Below are positions 49,661-60,224 of a DNA stretch of 64,000 nucleotides, one piece after another. The stretch is from the NCBI GenBank assembly GCA_054600435.1, contig BAAIJX010000002.1, forward strand, positions 186,001-250,000. The letters run 5' to 3'. The position numbers were made by a program, and so were the translations under genes. This DNA comes from Neophaeotheca triangularis (taxonomy: Eukaryota). The first letter of the stretch is position 1. Every line of letters starts with the position of its first letter. A model generated the notes under the pieces. The model was not told the origin of the DNA. It saw only the letters and a list, made by a program, of their open reading frames with translations, and made no database searches.

Positions 49661-51358
49661 ATGGCAGACACAAAGCTGTCTGACGGTCCCATTGCCAATG
49701 ATGACTCGCAACGAAAATCGGCAGCCACACCCGGTCCGCCACCCGAGCCTCATTCAACCCTCACCTTACGAAGAGTGATTATCTCCGCCTTCTGGGCTGT
49801 GGTAGTAATCTTCGGCTTGCCACACTGGATATGGACCACGTCGATACACCGCTCAGACCTGCCCTTGGAGGACATGAACAAATGGGCCGAAGGCAGAGTG
49901 AGTTACCTGATCCCCCTTTTCTCACCACGATGTTCTTCACCGCTGACATAAATCAAGGCTTGTTCGCTACAATTCCCAATACGTATAGCTTTCAAAGCGG
50001 CTCAACTAGACGATGCAGATCGACAGAGGCTTTCTGAAGATGTCGAGACCCTTCTAAGTAGAGCCAGAGGGCCGGGGCTCTATAGTTTTTCTCTGGAGGA
50101 CAGCTCAAACGACCACATCAATCTCAACCCAGGCAAGGAAAGCACCGCGCTGACTGTTATACTGGACCGAGACTCGAATACGAACACTCCGCAGTCGGCA
50201 CTGCGCACGTGGGCGCCGATACTGGAGATTCACCACAACGCTCAGCTACCTGCAGATACCCCTCAGCTCGCACAATTTGTCGCTCAGGAAATACGCAAAG
50301 TCTTTGATCACGAGCAAGCGTCCATGTCGTACCTCTTGAGTGGGAGCCCCTTCTCGCAAGACGGGAGTGCCTCTATGATTACTCCAGCTGGAAAAGCTGC
50401 CCTCGAGAGACGAACTACGCGAGCTTTTAGATACGCCTCCACATATCACCTGACATTCTCGCTCTTCTCTTCGTCCTCTACGCCTTCGTCATGGGAGATA
50501 GAGGAAGCATTGAATGAGTACATTACCCCTCTAGCCGGGCCCTTTTCGGTGGTCAGCAACTTTACCATCGACACGCAGGTCCAGCTATTTGCGTCATTCT
50601 CTCCCTCAATCGCAGGACCACGTCTCGACGAGTCTTCAAATCAATGGAAATTGCAGCAGTCCGACCTTAGCGGCTTCGTCAACGCCGCCGAGTGGCCGCT
50701 AAGTCCTAGCATCGGAGCCGGCCCAACTGTCAACTTCGTGCTCTACGTGCCTGCGAAGAATCAAAGCCCGTTGGTGATTGCCGAGACCGGCGGAAACAGC
50801 TGGATCATTCCACAATGGGGGGGCGTGCAAATTTTCAACCCGGGCGAGATGATGGTCGGCGACAAACTGACCCTGGACGACCTCCATCCTGTCATGAATA
50901 CGTTTGCGGATCAGTTGACTTCCCTGCTCGGCCTGCCTCAGTCGCCGCCATCCCTAGCACTGCGAATCTCTAGTCTCACCCGAGAGAGAGCAGCCTCGCT
51001 CATCCTTTCCGCCTCATCCACCCTCGGAGCACTCGCGCGACTAACGTTGAAACTGACATCCATCGAAATCCCAGACTCAGTGGCTAAATCTGTCGACGAG
51101 ACATTACTGCGACTCGACCAAGCTTGCCAAAATCTAGGACAGGGCAATTTCGAGACGGCTCTGGAAAACGCTCGTATCGCCGAGGCCGAAGCGGAGAAGG
51201 CGTTCTTTGAGCCTTCAATGGTTGGGCAGGTATACTTTCCCGACGAGCACAAGGTGGCGGTGTACGTGCCCCTACTCGGGCCGATGGCGGTGCCGCTTGT
51301 TATGGCTGGGCTCAAGGAGCTACGGAGACTAAGGCAGCGGAAGGTTAAAGCGATATGA
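49661..51358 (+). CDS. GPI17: GPI transamidase subunit PIG-S
   Basis: GLPHWIWTTSIHR, FVNAAEWPL, WIIPQWGGV, YFPDEHKVAVYVPLLGP; intron 49898-49957. Confidence 0.93.
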
Positions 51359-51888
51359 TTGTATTGATGCTTTGCGTGAACATGATAAATGGTCTTCCCC
51401 TATCTCGATTGTCTGTGTTAGTGCTCAGTTTTTCCCCTAGCCATAAAAGTGTCAGAATATGTCCTGATCGCTTCATCCCGAGTACCTGCATGGCTTTTAC
51501 AGTTCCGCCGTAAGTTGTGAAACTTGGATTCCCCTTTGGTGGAAACGAAGGGGGCCCTGCCGGAGAAGCTTACAGTCTACCTCATCGCCTCGACTGTTCG
51601 AGCTTCCCGACACCAGCCAGCATACTCAGGTGGTGCTGCGGTTTTCCTGCCTGTTACTGTGCGTTCCGGCATTCTTGTTTGCACCGCCGTCCTCTCTCTG
51701 ATACTCGTACTTGCTTTTGGAAATTTACAGAAGTTGGTATAGACTAGTTGTACAGTACATGCACGTGGACTGGCCAGAGGCGTTGCTGGCGCGGATTCCC
51801 TGGCATTGGCCATTTCGGACGCCAGGTCGCTCGCCAGTCTGCATTTTCACACTCTTATGGTGAAGCAAAATCGCCGCCGGAAGAGACT

Positions 51889-52656
51889 TTACCATACCCG
51901 ACACAGCACCTGCCCACCAATCCGCCGTTCCACACACTCTCTAGCCTCCAAAATTCCCCGGTCCGTACTCACGGCCATGATCTCTCCGATCCTTGTCAAC
52001 CCTCTAATCTCACCAGCCTGGCCACCTCTCGCTACTCTCCCCAACTCCTGACTGTTAAGCCATATCCGCTTAGTAGGCTTACTCAGCATCCTCGCCTTGG
52101 TGAGAACGGGCATCCCATCCCAATACTTCAGCCCAAGCCATAGCCTTCTACTCGCGCGGTTCGACTGTGTGACCACGCCCTCCGTCTCAAAATCGTGAAT
52201 GTCCCTATGTTGCTCCTCGATCAAATTGACAGGCTGCTGCTCGACCGTCAAACCCATGACATCCAGATCAACACCCTGTTCCGCCAGCTGCTGCGGCGTC
52301 AAATGCCTGTTCTTCTCCGCGAACTCCACAGCTTCAGCGCTATGCCCTGCCGCTACCAGTTGCTCCCGGCTCAATTTCCTTGTTACGCTGTCGTTGAGTG
52401 CGGCCTCTTGCGCGCTGAGTAGGCGCTCTGACTGGGGGTGTGCGGTCACGCCGTGGCTGTCGCGCATACCCGGTGGAAAGCATGAGGCTGGCGGTGCGGA
52501 TCCGGCGACTTTGACTTGCGATAGGAAGCCTTGTTTTTGAAGCAGAAGGGAGAGCGAGAGGTGAAGCTTGGTGTACGGTATTGATGTCAGGCCTAGACGG
52601 AGATGCGAGGCATTTTGCAAATGCGAACAGACATTGGCGAGGTGGACGAGGGACAT
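51889..52656 (-). CDS. MRPS8: Mitochondrial ribosomal protein uS8m
   Basis: MSLVHLANVCSHLQNAS..., RRLWLGLKY, SKPTKR, STDRGILEARECVERRIGGQVLCRVW. Confidence 0.92.
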   Translation of the reverse strand: MSLVHLANVCSHLQNASHLRLGLTSIPYTKLHLSLSLLLQKQGFLSQVKVAGSAPPASCFPPGMRDSHGVTAHPQSERLLSAQEAALNDSVTRKLSREQLVAAGHSAEAVEFAEKNRHLTPQQLAEQGVDLDVMGLTVEQQPVNLIEEQHRDIHDFETEGVVTQSNRASRRLWLGLKYWDGMPVLTKARMLSKPTKRIWLNSQELGRVARGGQAGEIRGLTRIGEIMAVSTDRGILEARECVERRIGGQVLCRVW

Positions 52657-53226
52657 GGCGGTGGATTTTGTAATCGGAGGGGGGGCGCTTTTGTTTCGTC
52701 CTGATGGGCCCCAGATGGGCAAATTCTTCAGGTTGTGCGCAGATGTCTTGGATTGAATGGCGATACGGATGGTGAAACGTTCGCGGTGGCTTTGATGGGA
52801 TCTGTGTCGGGAGTCTGGCGGTCGAGAGTAGTGGTACAAGGGAATGTTCAAATTACGACTAGAGATGGACTGCTTGCCAGCCCAGCCGTGCATGCAATAC
52901 TCGGAGGTGGTTTGCGGTCGGCCCACCTGCCTTATTGTCCGCCTCTCAAGCAAGTGTACGCCAAGCAATGTTTTGACCTCGGCTGGCCTCCTACCTATAC
53001 TACTATGTAGTCTCCTACATCTCCATCGCTCTTCTATAGTGGATTGGTAATGCTCCTACATCGCGTGTTTCTCGCCTTAACTTGGACGTATATAAGTACA
53101 ATCATCCGGGCAGTCTTCATCCGTCGTCCCGAGAAACACTGGCACTGCAACCAAAACCCTTTGCCCTCTCTCTTTCTCTCTGTGTTTCCACCTTGCTTCT
53201 ATTTCTGTCGATCTTTGGTGAGCAGT

Positions 53227-54280
53227 ATGCCTTCCTCCAAGCCAGTCGCGCTCGTCGTTGGTGCCTCGAGAGGTATTGGTCGACAAGTCGCCATCTCGCT
53301 AGCTGCGAATGGCTATGCCGTCGTTGTCGCTGCAAAGTCGACCTCTGACGCTTCCGCCTGTTCTCCCTTCCCACCCGATCCCAACAGCTCAGCTTCAACC
53401 ATCTCGACAGTAGCCCGGGAGATCAAAGAAGCCGGTGGCGAAGCTAAAGCCATCCCCGTAGATGTGAGGGACTTTGCAAACGTGCAAGCTCTGGTCTCGC
53501 AAGTGTCAGAAACGTACGGCAGACTTGATGTACTCGTCTACAACAGCGGCGCTATCTGGTGGAGTAGTGTCGAGAACGTGAGTGGCGTGTATACTGTTCA
53601 GGAGACAGCGCTCGTCGATTGACATTGTTTAGACCCCGATGAAGCGGTTCCAGCTCATGCAGCGAGTCAATCCAGAAGGCCTGTACGGTTGCATCCAGGC
53701 TTGTCTGCCACATTTCTACGCCAATACTGTCGAAACTGGTGACTCAAAGGGTAGAGGGCGCGTCATTGTGGTTAGCCCTCCCGTGTACAGCCGTTTCTTT
53801 AGGGGCAAGACAGCATACGCTGTGGGAAAAGTAGGAATGTCTGTACTCACTATGGGCCTAGCGATGGACTGGCAAAGAGAAGGCAGAGATGAAATGGCCA
53901 TCAACAGTATATGGCCAGCTTCGGTAAGGAACGTACCTCTGATATTAAGTATTCCACTAAGCAGATGGCAGGCTATCGAGTCAGCAGCAACCCAGAACCC
54001 TCAAACTGATCGCTCGGAGCTTCGTACGGCGGCCATCTTCTCAGATGCGATCCTTGCGATGCTAAAAGCGTCGCCTTCTGATGTCAGCGGTCACTGCTTC
54101 TTGGACGAAGATTTCCTACGTAGCCAGGAAGGTGTGACTGATTTTACCAAGTACGCACTGGTTCCCGGCACGACACCTCGGCGGATTATGCCTGCTACGT
54201 TTCCTGATTTGCGAGTTGCGGAGCAAAACGACGAAGGCAACAGGATGGACAGTACTGAAATGAGAAAGTCCAAGCTGTAA
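53227..54280 (+). CDS. HSDL2-like short-chain dehydrogenase/reductase, ends in SKL
   Basis: VGASRGIG, YNSGAI, YAVGK catalytic motif; introns 53578-53632 and 53924-53971. Confidence 0.88.
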
Positions 54281-55246
54281 TGGCTGCTATCTTGAGAATT
54301 TGTCAATGTACAGTTTAGTCAGATGACTCCCGGCGATGACACTGTGCCTATGCTTGACCGCACTGTGTCCATCGTGCCGCCATTCATTCTAGTCATCCCA
54401 TCGTGACTACCACCGCTGTACGCCTAGCACACCAGCGCCGAGCCCGAGCTGCCATTGAGTCCTTCACCAAGGCCTGAGCAACTATCTCCCTCCCCACCTC
54501 AATGGGCCACACGACGCAAAGACATCAACAAAGGCAAACTATTAACCATCACCTTCGGTGCTCAAACCGCTCCTTACATGCCTCAACCATGCTTGGAGTC
54601 TGCTTGGAGTCTGCCGATAACAAGGGATCCGTCGCTCCCGGCAAAACAGGAAACACCATCTTCGCGAGCATGAACCAACAAGCGTCCCTCTGGAGGGGCA
54701 CCAGCCGGGCAACGTCGGCGTCAACCAGCTCTTCGCCCATAATTCCCTGCTCGACTTTGTAGATGGTCACGGAGATTAGCTCAAGGTGTTCGGTTTGTCG
54801 ATCCAGGCTGTTGACCCGGTGACTTCGAAAGAGGGCGCAGCTCGTAAAGCTGCAGGAATGATCTTGTCGAAGGGGCTTGCTACTTGGACAATTCATCTAG
54901 GTGTCAGGTTGAAGGACACAGGCTGCAACACGTGAAGCGTCCCGGACAGCTATAGTCAGCTCCAAGGCGTTTTTCACTAACGCGGCTCTGCACGGGATTC
55001 GAGCAAACACCCTCCCATTCCCAGGCGACTGTCGACGTCCAAACAAGTTCGGCACACCCGGTCCAAAATCAGACAACGCTCACGTGTCTCGGCTGTCAAA
55101 CGCAACACGAAGGCCGTGAAAGGACTGATTAGCACGGTTACCTAGCGAAGGTGCTTCCATGTCGCGGGTTCTTGAAGGGGTCCCATGAGTGCCGCCACTT
55201 GCGAATTTCAGCAGCGCAAGCAGCACTGATCAGGCAGTCTTCACGC

Positions 55247-57265
55247 CTACGCAATCTCCCGATAGTCTTCATCATCCGGACCCATCCCCTTTTCCAAACC
55301 TGGAGAAGCGCAGAGATCTCTATGCGCCTGGGGTACTCCCATCTCAGCCAGCTCATTGCTCCTCGTCAGCAGCTGCATCATCAGCCCCGCCTCGGAGTGC
55401 CAACCAAGATGGCAGTGGAAAGCAGCCATGCCTGGGTTATCAGCAACGATCCTTATCAAGATCCATCCAAATGCCTCCACCGACGCAGTGTCCCTGCGTA
55501 AAGGGTTCGAGAGGTTAAGGCTGTCGTAAAGCGGCGCTAGAGTCTCTGTGTTGATTTCAGCGCCCACAGAGGTTAGTGGCGGGTACCCGTGGCCCTGGGC
55601 GAGGACGAAGTATTTGTACAAATGCAGATGGAGCGGGTGCGCACCGTCGTCGAAGTTGGAGATCATCAAGTCGATGGTGGCGGTGCCAGTTGTCTGGATG
55701 ACGAGTTCGCTTGAGACGTCAAAAGCCTCGTCGTTGATGAATGCAGCTTGGCTGGCGTTTGTAGTTGCAGTTGGCTGGCCAAAGGAAGCGTTCATTGCTT
55801 CGACGCCCTCTATCGAGCGGAAGAGCGAAGGCGAACGGACGTTGGGTCTGAAGGAGCTCTTGTTGAAGAATCCACGACTCAATCGATACTTGCCAATCTC
55901 GAAGTTGGACCGCAAGTAGAATAAAGCGTCCGCCTTGGCGGGAGCTGGTACTACTTCCGCAGGGACCAATTCTGTCGTGTTCATATCGCGACACTCCTGC
56001 TCCAACGCTTCGTCCCAGTCCACAGAACTCGGTTTCTCCTCGGTTGCTGCAGCTGAAAGAGATGCATATCGGACAATCGCACGTACTTCCGACTCGAGAT
56101 CTCCCGGAGGATCAGTAAAACATTCCGTTACCATACGAGCTCGAAGCCAAAAGGAGTCGGCTCCCGTCTCTGTGGCATTGACGACGACGCTGTAGCGCTG
56201 GGCCGGGTTGATGTTTACGCGATGATAGCTCTGCGGCAAGACATCCGTTCCGTCAACCTCTGTGACGGCGATTTCGTGCTGATCGATCTGGACTTGGAAC
56301 TCGGCAAAGGCTCCGACATTGATGAAACGCAAGCGATGGCTCTTGCCGGGGTCAAGATCGATTGTTGGCAATCCAACGTTCGAGGTGCTGTTATCGCAAC
56401 GCCGTTCGCGAAAATCTTCGCAGTTCCGGACAGAGCGTCCGTTAATGAGGCCACCGACGGGCACTGGCTCAGCGTTCTCTTCGTCCGGCTTCAAGTATTG
56501 CCAGAGCAGGGCGGATGAAAGATCGTGATAGTGATCAGAAAGCATAACTACTCGATCAGAAGCATACTCGAACTTTTGCAGGTCTCTTTCCTTGCTGCCA
56601 TGCACCACGAGCGGCCCATGCAGGCCATCGCTGCTTTGCAAACCATAGTGGCCATGCCACCAATACGTCCCGCTCTGACCATTGACAGTGAACTCGTACG
56701 TGAAGTTTGCGCCAGAAGGGATGGGGCATTGCGTGACGCCAACAGTGCCATCCATGTACGGTGTGCCGTTCTGGTAGATGCCGTGCCAGTGGATTGCCGT
56801 TGCGTTCACCATTCGGTTCGAGACGTGGACTACTATCGTGTCGCCTTCGTTGACTTCAATCAGGGGGCCGGGAAACTGGTGGTTGACCAGTTGCATCGGC
56901 CTGAACACGCCACCTGGATTGTGGACTTCGTCACGCACTGTCCAATAGTACTCGCGCCGCTGGGGCGCCGCTGAGAAGTCCCATTCGGGATCCAGGACGT
57001 AGTCGCTTGTTGTTATTGGATCCACAGATTGTGGTGCGGCGACAGGCAAATCCTTCTGGTATAGCCAGAGTCCTGTGGGCGCAAATGCAAAGATGAAGGC
57101 GCAAGCCAACAGCGCTCCGAATTTCCAGTAGCTGGCAATCCGCCGGTGGTTGCTCCTTGATCTTGCAGCGGTCTGCCCATCATCCTCGAGCAGGCCCTTC
57201 TCCTGTTCGACATCATGTCTTGAAACCTTTTCTGCACCAGAGTCTTCTCCGTCGACGAACTCCAT
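55247..57265 (-). CDS. Multicopper oxidase (laccase/ferroxidase-like) with N-terminal membrane anchor
   Basis: Copper motifs HWHG, WWHGH, HPLHLH, HCHLGWH; hydrophobic segment FGALLACAFIFAFAPTGLWLY after a 47-aa hydrophilic leader; intronless. Confidence 0.93.
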   Translation of the reverse strand: MEFVDGEDSGAEKVSRHDVEQEKGLLEDDGQTAARSRSNHRRIASYWKFGALLACAFIFAFAPTGLWLYQKDLPVAAPQSVDPITTSDYVLDPEWDFSAAPQRREYYWTVRDEVHNPGGVFRPMQLVNHQFPGPLIEVNEGDTIVVHVSNRMVNATAIHWHGIYQNGTPYMDGTVGVTQCPIPSGANFTYEFTVNGQSGTYWWHGHYGLQSSDGLHGPLVVHGSKERDLQKFEYASDRVVMLSDHYHDLSSALLWQYLKPDEENAEPVPVGGLINGRSVRNCEDFRERRCDNSTSNVGLPTIDLDPGKSHRLRFINVGAFAEFQVQIDQHEIAVTEVDGTDVLPQSYHRVNINPAQRYSVVVNATETGADSFWLRARMVTECFTDPPGDLESEVRAIVRYASLSAAATEEKPSSVDWDEALEQECRDMNTTELVPAEVVPAPAKADALFYLRSNFEIGKYRLSRGFFNKSSFRPNVRSPSLFRSIEGVEAMNASFGQPTATTNASQAAFINDEAFDVSSELVIQTTGTATIDLMISNFDDGAHPLHLHLYKYFVLAQGHGYPPLTSVGAEINTETLAPLYDSLNLSNPLRRDTASVEAFGWILIRIVADNPGMAAFHCHLGWHSEAGLMMQLLTRSNELAEMGVPQAHRDLCASPGLEKGMGPDDEDYREIA

Positions 57266-57865
57266 CCTGATTTTGGTAGCCCCTCAAAGTCTCAAGTTGT
57301 TCGGCATCGAGTTCAAAAGACGCGGCACTGATCGATCACACATAATTGTCTGTAAATCCAGATGCACATGTCGGTTTATTTGGCTTGATGATAGTCGTAG
57401 TGTGCACCCAATGAAAGCTTCCGAATTGGAACGTGATGTATTTAGAGAGCCGTTGTGGTCCCCTCCTGAGCAAGGACTTCATCAATAAAAAGTACACCTT
57501 ATACTTTTTGGCTAAAGGCTTGAAGCTTCTTACCATTGCGACCCTGCGTCTTGGTTCAAAGCTTGATCGTATCTATGGCGCAGAGTGCCTTTAGGTACGC
57601 GGATCGCGCGGGCGGCGAATTGCCAGGTTGTCATCATCGGTCTACGCGGCTTGTTGATCAGTGAGACGGTGCAGAAACTCGAGAGATGCTTTCTACTTGT
57701 TCACTTTCGTCGCCCAATCGCGGGAAGGCGATATGGATACAACGTGGAAGATGAGTCGTTTCTCGACCATTTAGACCGGAACTACGGCAATTGCAAACAC
57801 ACTGCTAGTACCATTTAATGTTGCTCGCCGGGATGGAACTGTCCACGTTTGTAGAGCAGAGCACC

Positions 57866-57877
57866 GCCCACGTGGGC
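57866..57877. promoter_or_regulatory. Candidate Pho4/NUC-1-type site GCCCACGTGGGC
   Basis: Perfect 12-bp palindrome about 145 bp upstream of the phosphatase ATG; CACGTT at 57844; TATA-like TATAAA near 57946. Confidence 0.55.
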
Positions 57878-58019
57878 TTGAGAGTGACTGAGAATCTTAG
57901 GTATTGAAGATACAACCTCTTCTAATAAGCTTCCACACTGATCGATATAAATGTACTATGGTATAGAACGAGGCAGCTTCCCTCGTTGACTTTTCTTGGC
58001 CACTACTTTGCACCTCACA

Positions 58020-59372
58020 ATGCTCTTCAATCTTGCCATTGGCGTCTTTGCTATCGCTGGTGTGTCCGCCTTGCCCCCGGGTCATGGCGAATCACCTATC
58101 CCCAATCAATACACAGCTACAGGCGCACAAGATGTATTCGCCGCGCAGGCAACAGCTGCGACGGCTCACCCGACCAGCAACAAGAAGGGCAAAGCCTTCG
58201 ATCGCTTCGTGACGATATGGTTGGAGAATACCGACTTCGAAAAAGCCGCTGGCGACCCAAATCTCGCCTGGCTGGCCAGCAAAGGCATTGCGCTCACAAA
58301 CTACTTTGGTGAGTAGAGAGGTTGAAGGAGAAGCCCTTGAAAGTCGGCTGATTGTCTCTCAGGTGTCACTCACCCTTCCGAGCCCAACTACATTGCTGCT
58401 CTGTCGGGAGACAACTACGGCATAGATAATGATAAGATGATCCAGCTGCCTGCCAACGTCTCGTCTGTAGTTGATCTCCTGGAGCACTCAAACATCAGCT
58501 GGAGTACCTACCAGGAGGACATGCGTAAGGCGGAACATTCACCCTTGCTTACAAAATGGGAGCTAACACGTTCTACAGCATACACAGGCTTCGAAGGTTT
58601 CGCCTGGCGTAACCAGGAAACCAAGGCCAACGACTACGTCCGCAAACACAACCCAGTAGTCATCCACGACGCAAACACCACGCCTACCCGTCTGAGCTAC
58701 CAGAAGAACCTGACGGAGTTCCACAAGGAGCTGGAAGCTAAGACGCTACCGCAATGGATGTTCATCACACCCAACATGACCTCCGACGGCCACGACAGCT
58801 CTGTCACCGTAGCCGGGACCTGGACCCGCGACTTCCTGGAACCCCTGCTCGCCAACGAGTACTTCATGAAAGACACGCTAGTCCTCGTAACCTTTGATGA
58901 GAACCACACCTACAACAAGGCCAACCGCGTCTTCTCCATCCTCCTGGGCGGCGCAGTCGACAACGCAGGCTTGGACGGCACCACCGACGACCACTTCTAC
59001 GACCACTACTCGGAGCTCTCGACCGTCGAAGCGAATTGGAACACACACACGCTTGGCCGCTGGGATGTTGGCGCAAACGTCTTCGACATCGTCGCCAGGC
59101 AAACCAACGATATTTACAGACCTTGGGACGAAGTGACGGGCTCCTCTCCCTCGGTTTTCCTTAATAGCAGTTATGCTGGTGCTTTTGGTAGTAAGATTGG
59201 TTACGCGCCGATTCCCAAGCCAAACCTCAAGGGCAAGTCTCCCAAGACTAATAGGTCTGTGTTGCCGGCTATCAAGCACTTGTGGAAGGCTGTCGAGGCG
59301 GAGACGATTTACAACGAAAGCGTCGAGATCGCGGATGGCCAGCATCCTCCTGCTGGTTACCAGGGCCAGTAG
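58020..59372 (+). CDS. Secreted acid phosphatase, phosphoesterase family (PhoA/PHOa-like)
   Basis: Signal peptide; WLENTD, THPSEPNY, YVRKHNP, DGHD, TFDE; introns 58309-58362 and 58525-58578. Confidence 0.92.
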
Positions 59373-59841
59373 GGATTTGTCCATGGGCCTTGGATATCGC
59401 GACGGTTACGTGGCGATGGTATATATCAAACGATTCATAGAGCTATAAATATTGGTGTTTCCGTGTCTGGTTGTCGAACATCGATCGATCCTGATCAGGA
59501 GCCGCGTCTTGACCAAGACCATTGCGACCTAAGGTGGCTCTCTCACCGTCACAAGCAATAGAAATAATAATGCAGCATTGCTCGCCCTGCAAATGCAGAC
59601 CAACTCCTAAAATCTCCTCCACTCCCATCCCAAGCCTCCCCCGCTCCAACTAGACTCCCGTCGACTACTCAATCTTCCACGCCCCAAGTTATTACAGACT
59701 ACGGCACACCTACGCTCCCGCCCTCTCGCAAAGACCGGCAGCACGGAAAGCGACGTAAACTCAAAACCAAATGACACCCACAGCTGGACGCACGATTGCG
59801 AGAAAGTCGCGACTGAGCGCACCCGCCGATCCCCGACCCCA

Positions 59842-59850
59842 CCCACGTGC
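59842..59850. promoter_or_regulatory. Candidate Pho4-type site CCCACGTGC
   Basis: Reverse complement is GCACGTGGG; lies about 375 bp upstream of the VIT1 ATG. Confidence 0.4.
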
Positions 59851-60224
59851 TACGCTGGACGGCCGGTCAGTGGTCAGCAGGCAATACAAGCGCAACGATT
59901 GGCAGTGCTCGCTGTGCCATGCAACGCAGCGGACAGGTTTGTTGAAGTGGTGCGGGTTTGCTAGGGAGGCTAATTGAGCTAGTGTGGTAGCAGTTCGTGT
60001 GAAGAAAGCGGGTAGGACGAGGTTCTAATAGGCAGAAGTTGGTGGGTGTTGTCCGTGGCCGATTTATAAAAGTCTGGAGATACTATATGGTCGCTTGGGT
60101 CCTCGTTCGCTTCAGAATCTTTGGTCTCTCGTGAGCGAAGATTCAAGACATTGTTGTTGCTAGCTATTTAGCATTGGGACTCCGAAGCATATACGCCGTA
60201 GAGGCTGTCTCCAACACCGCAACC

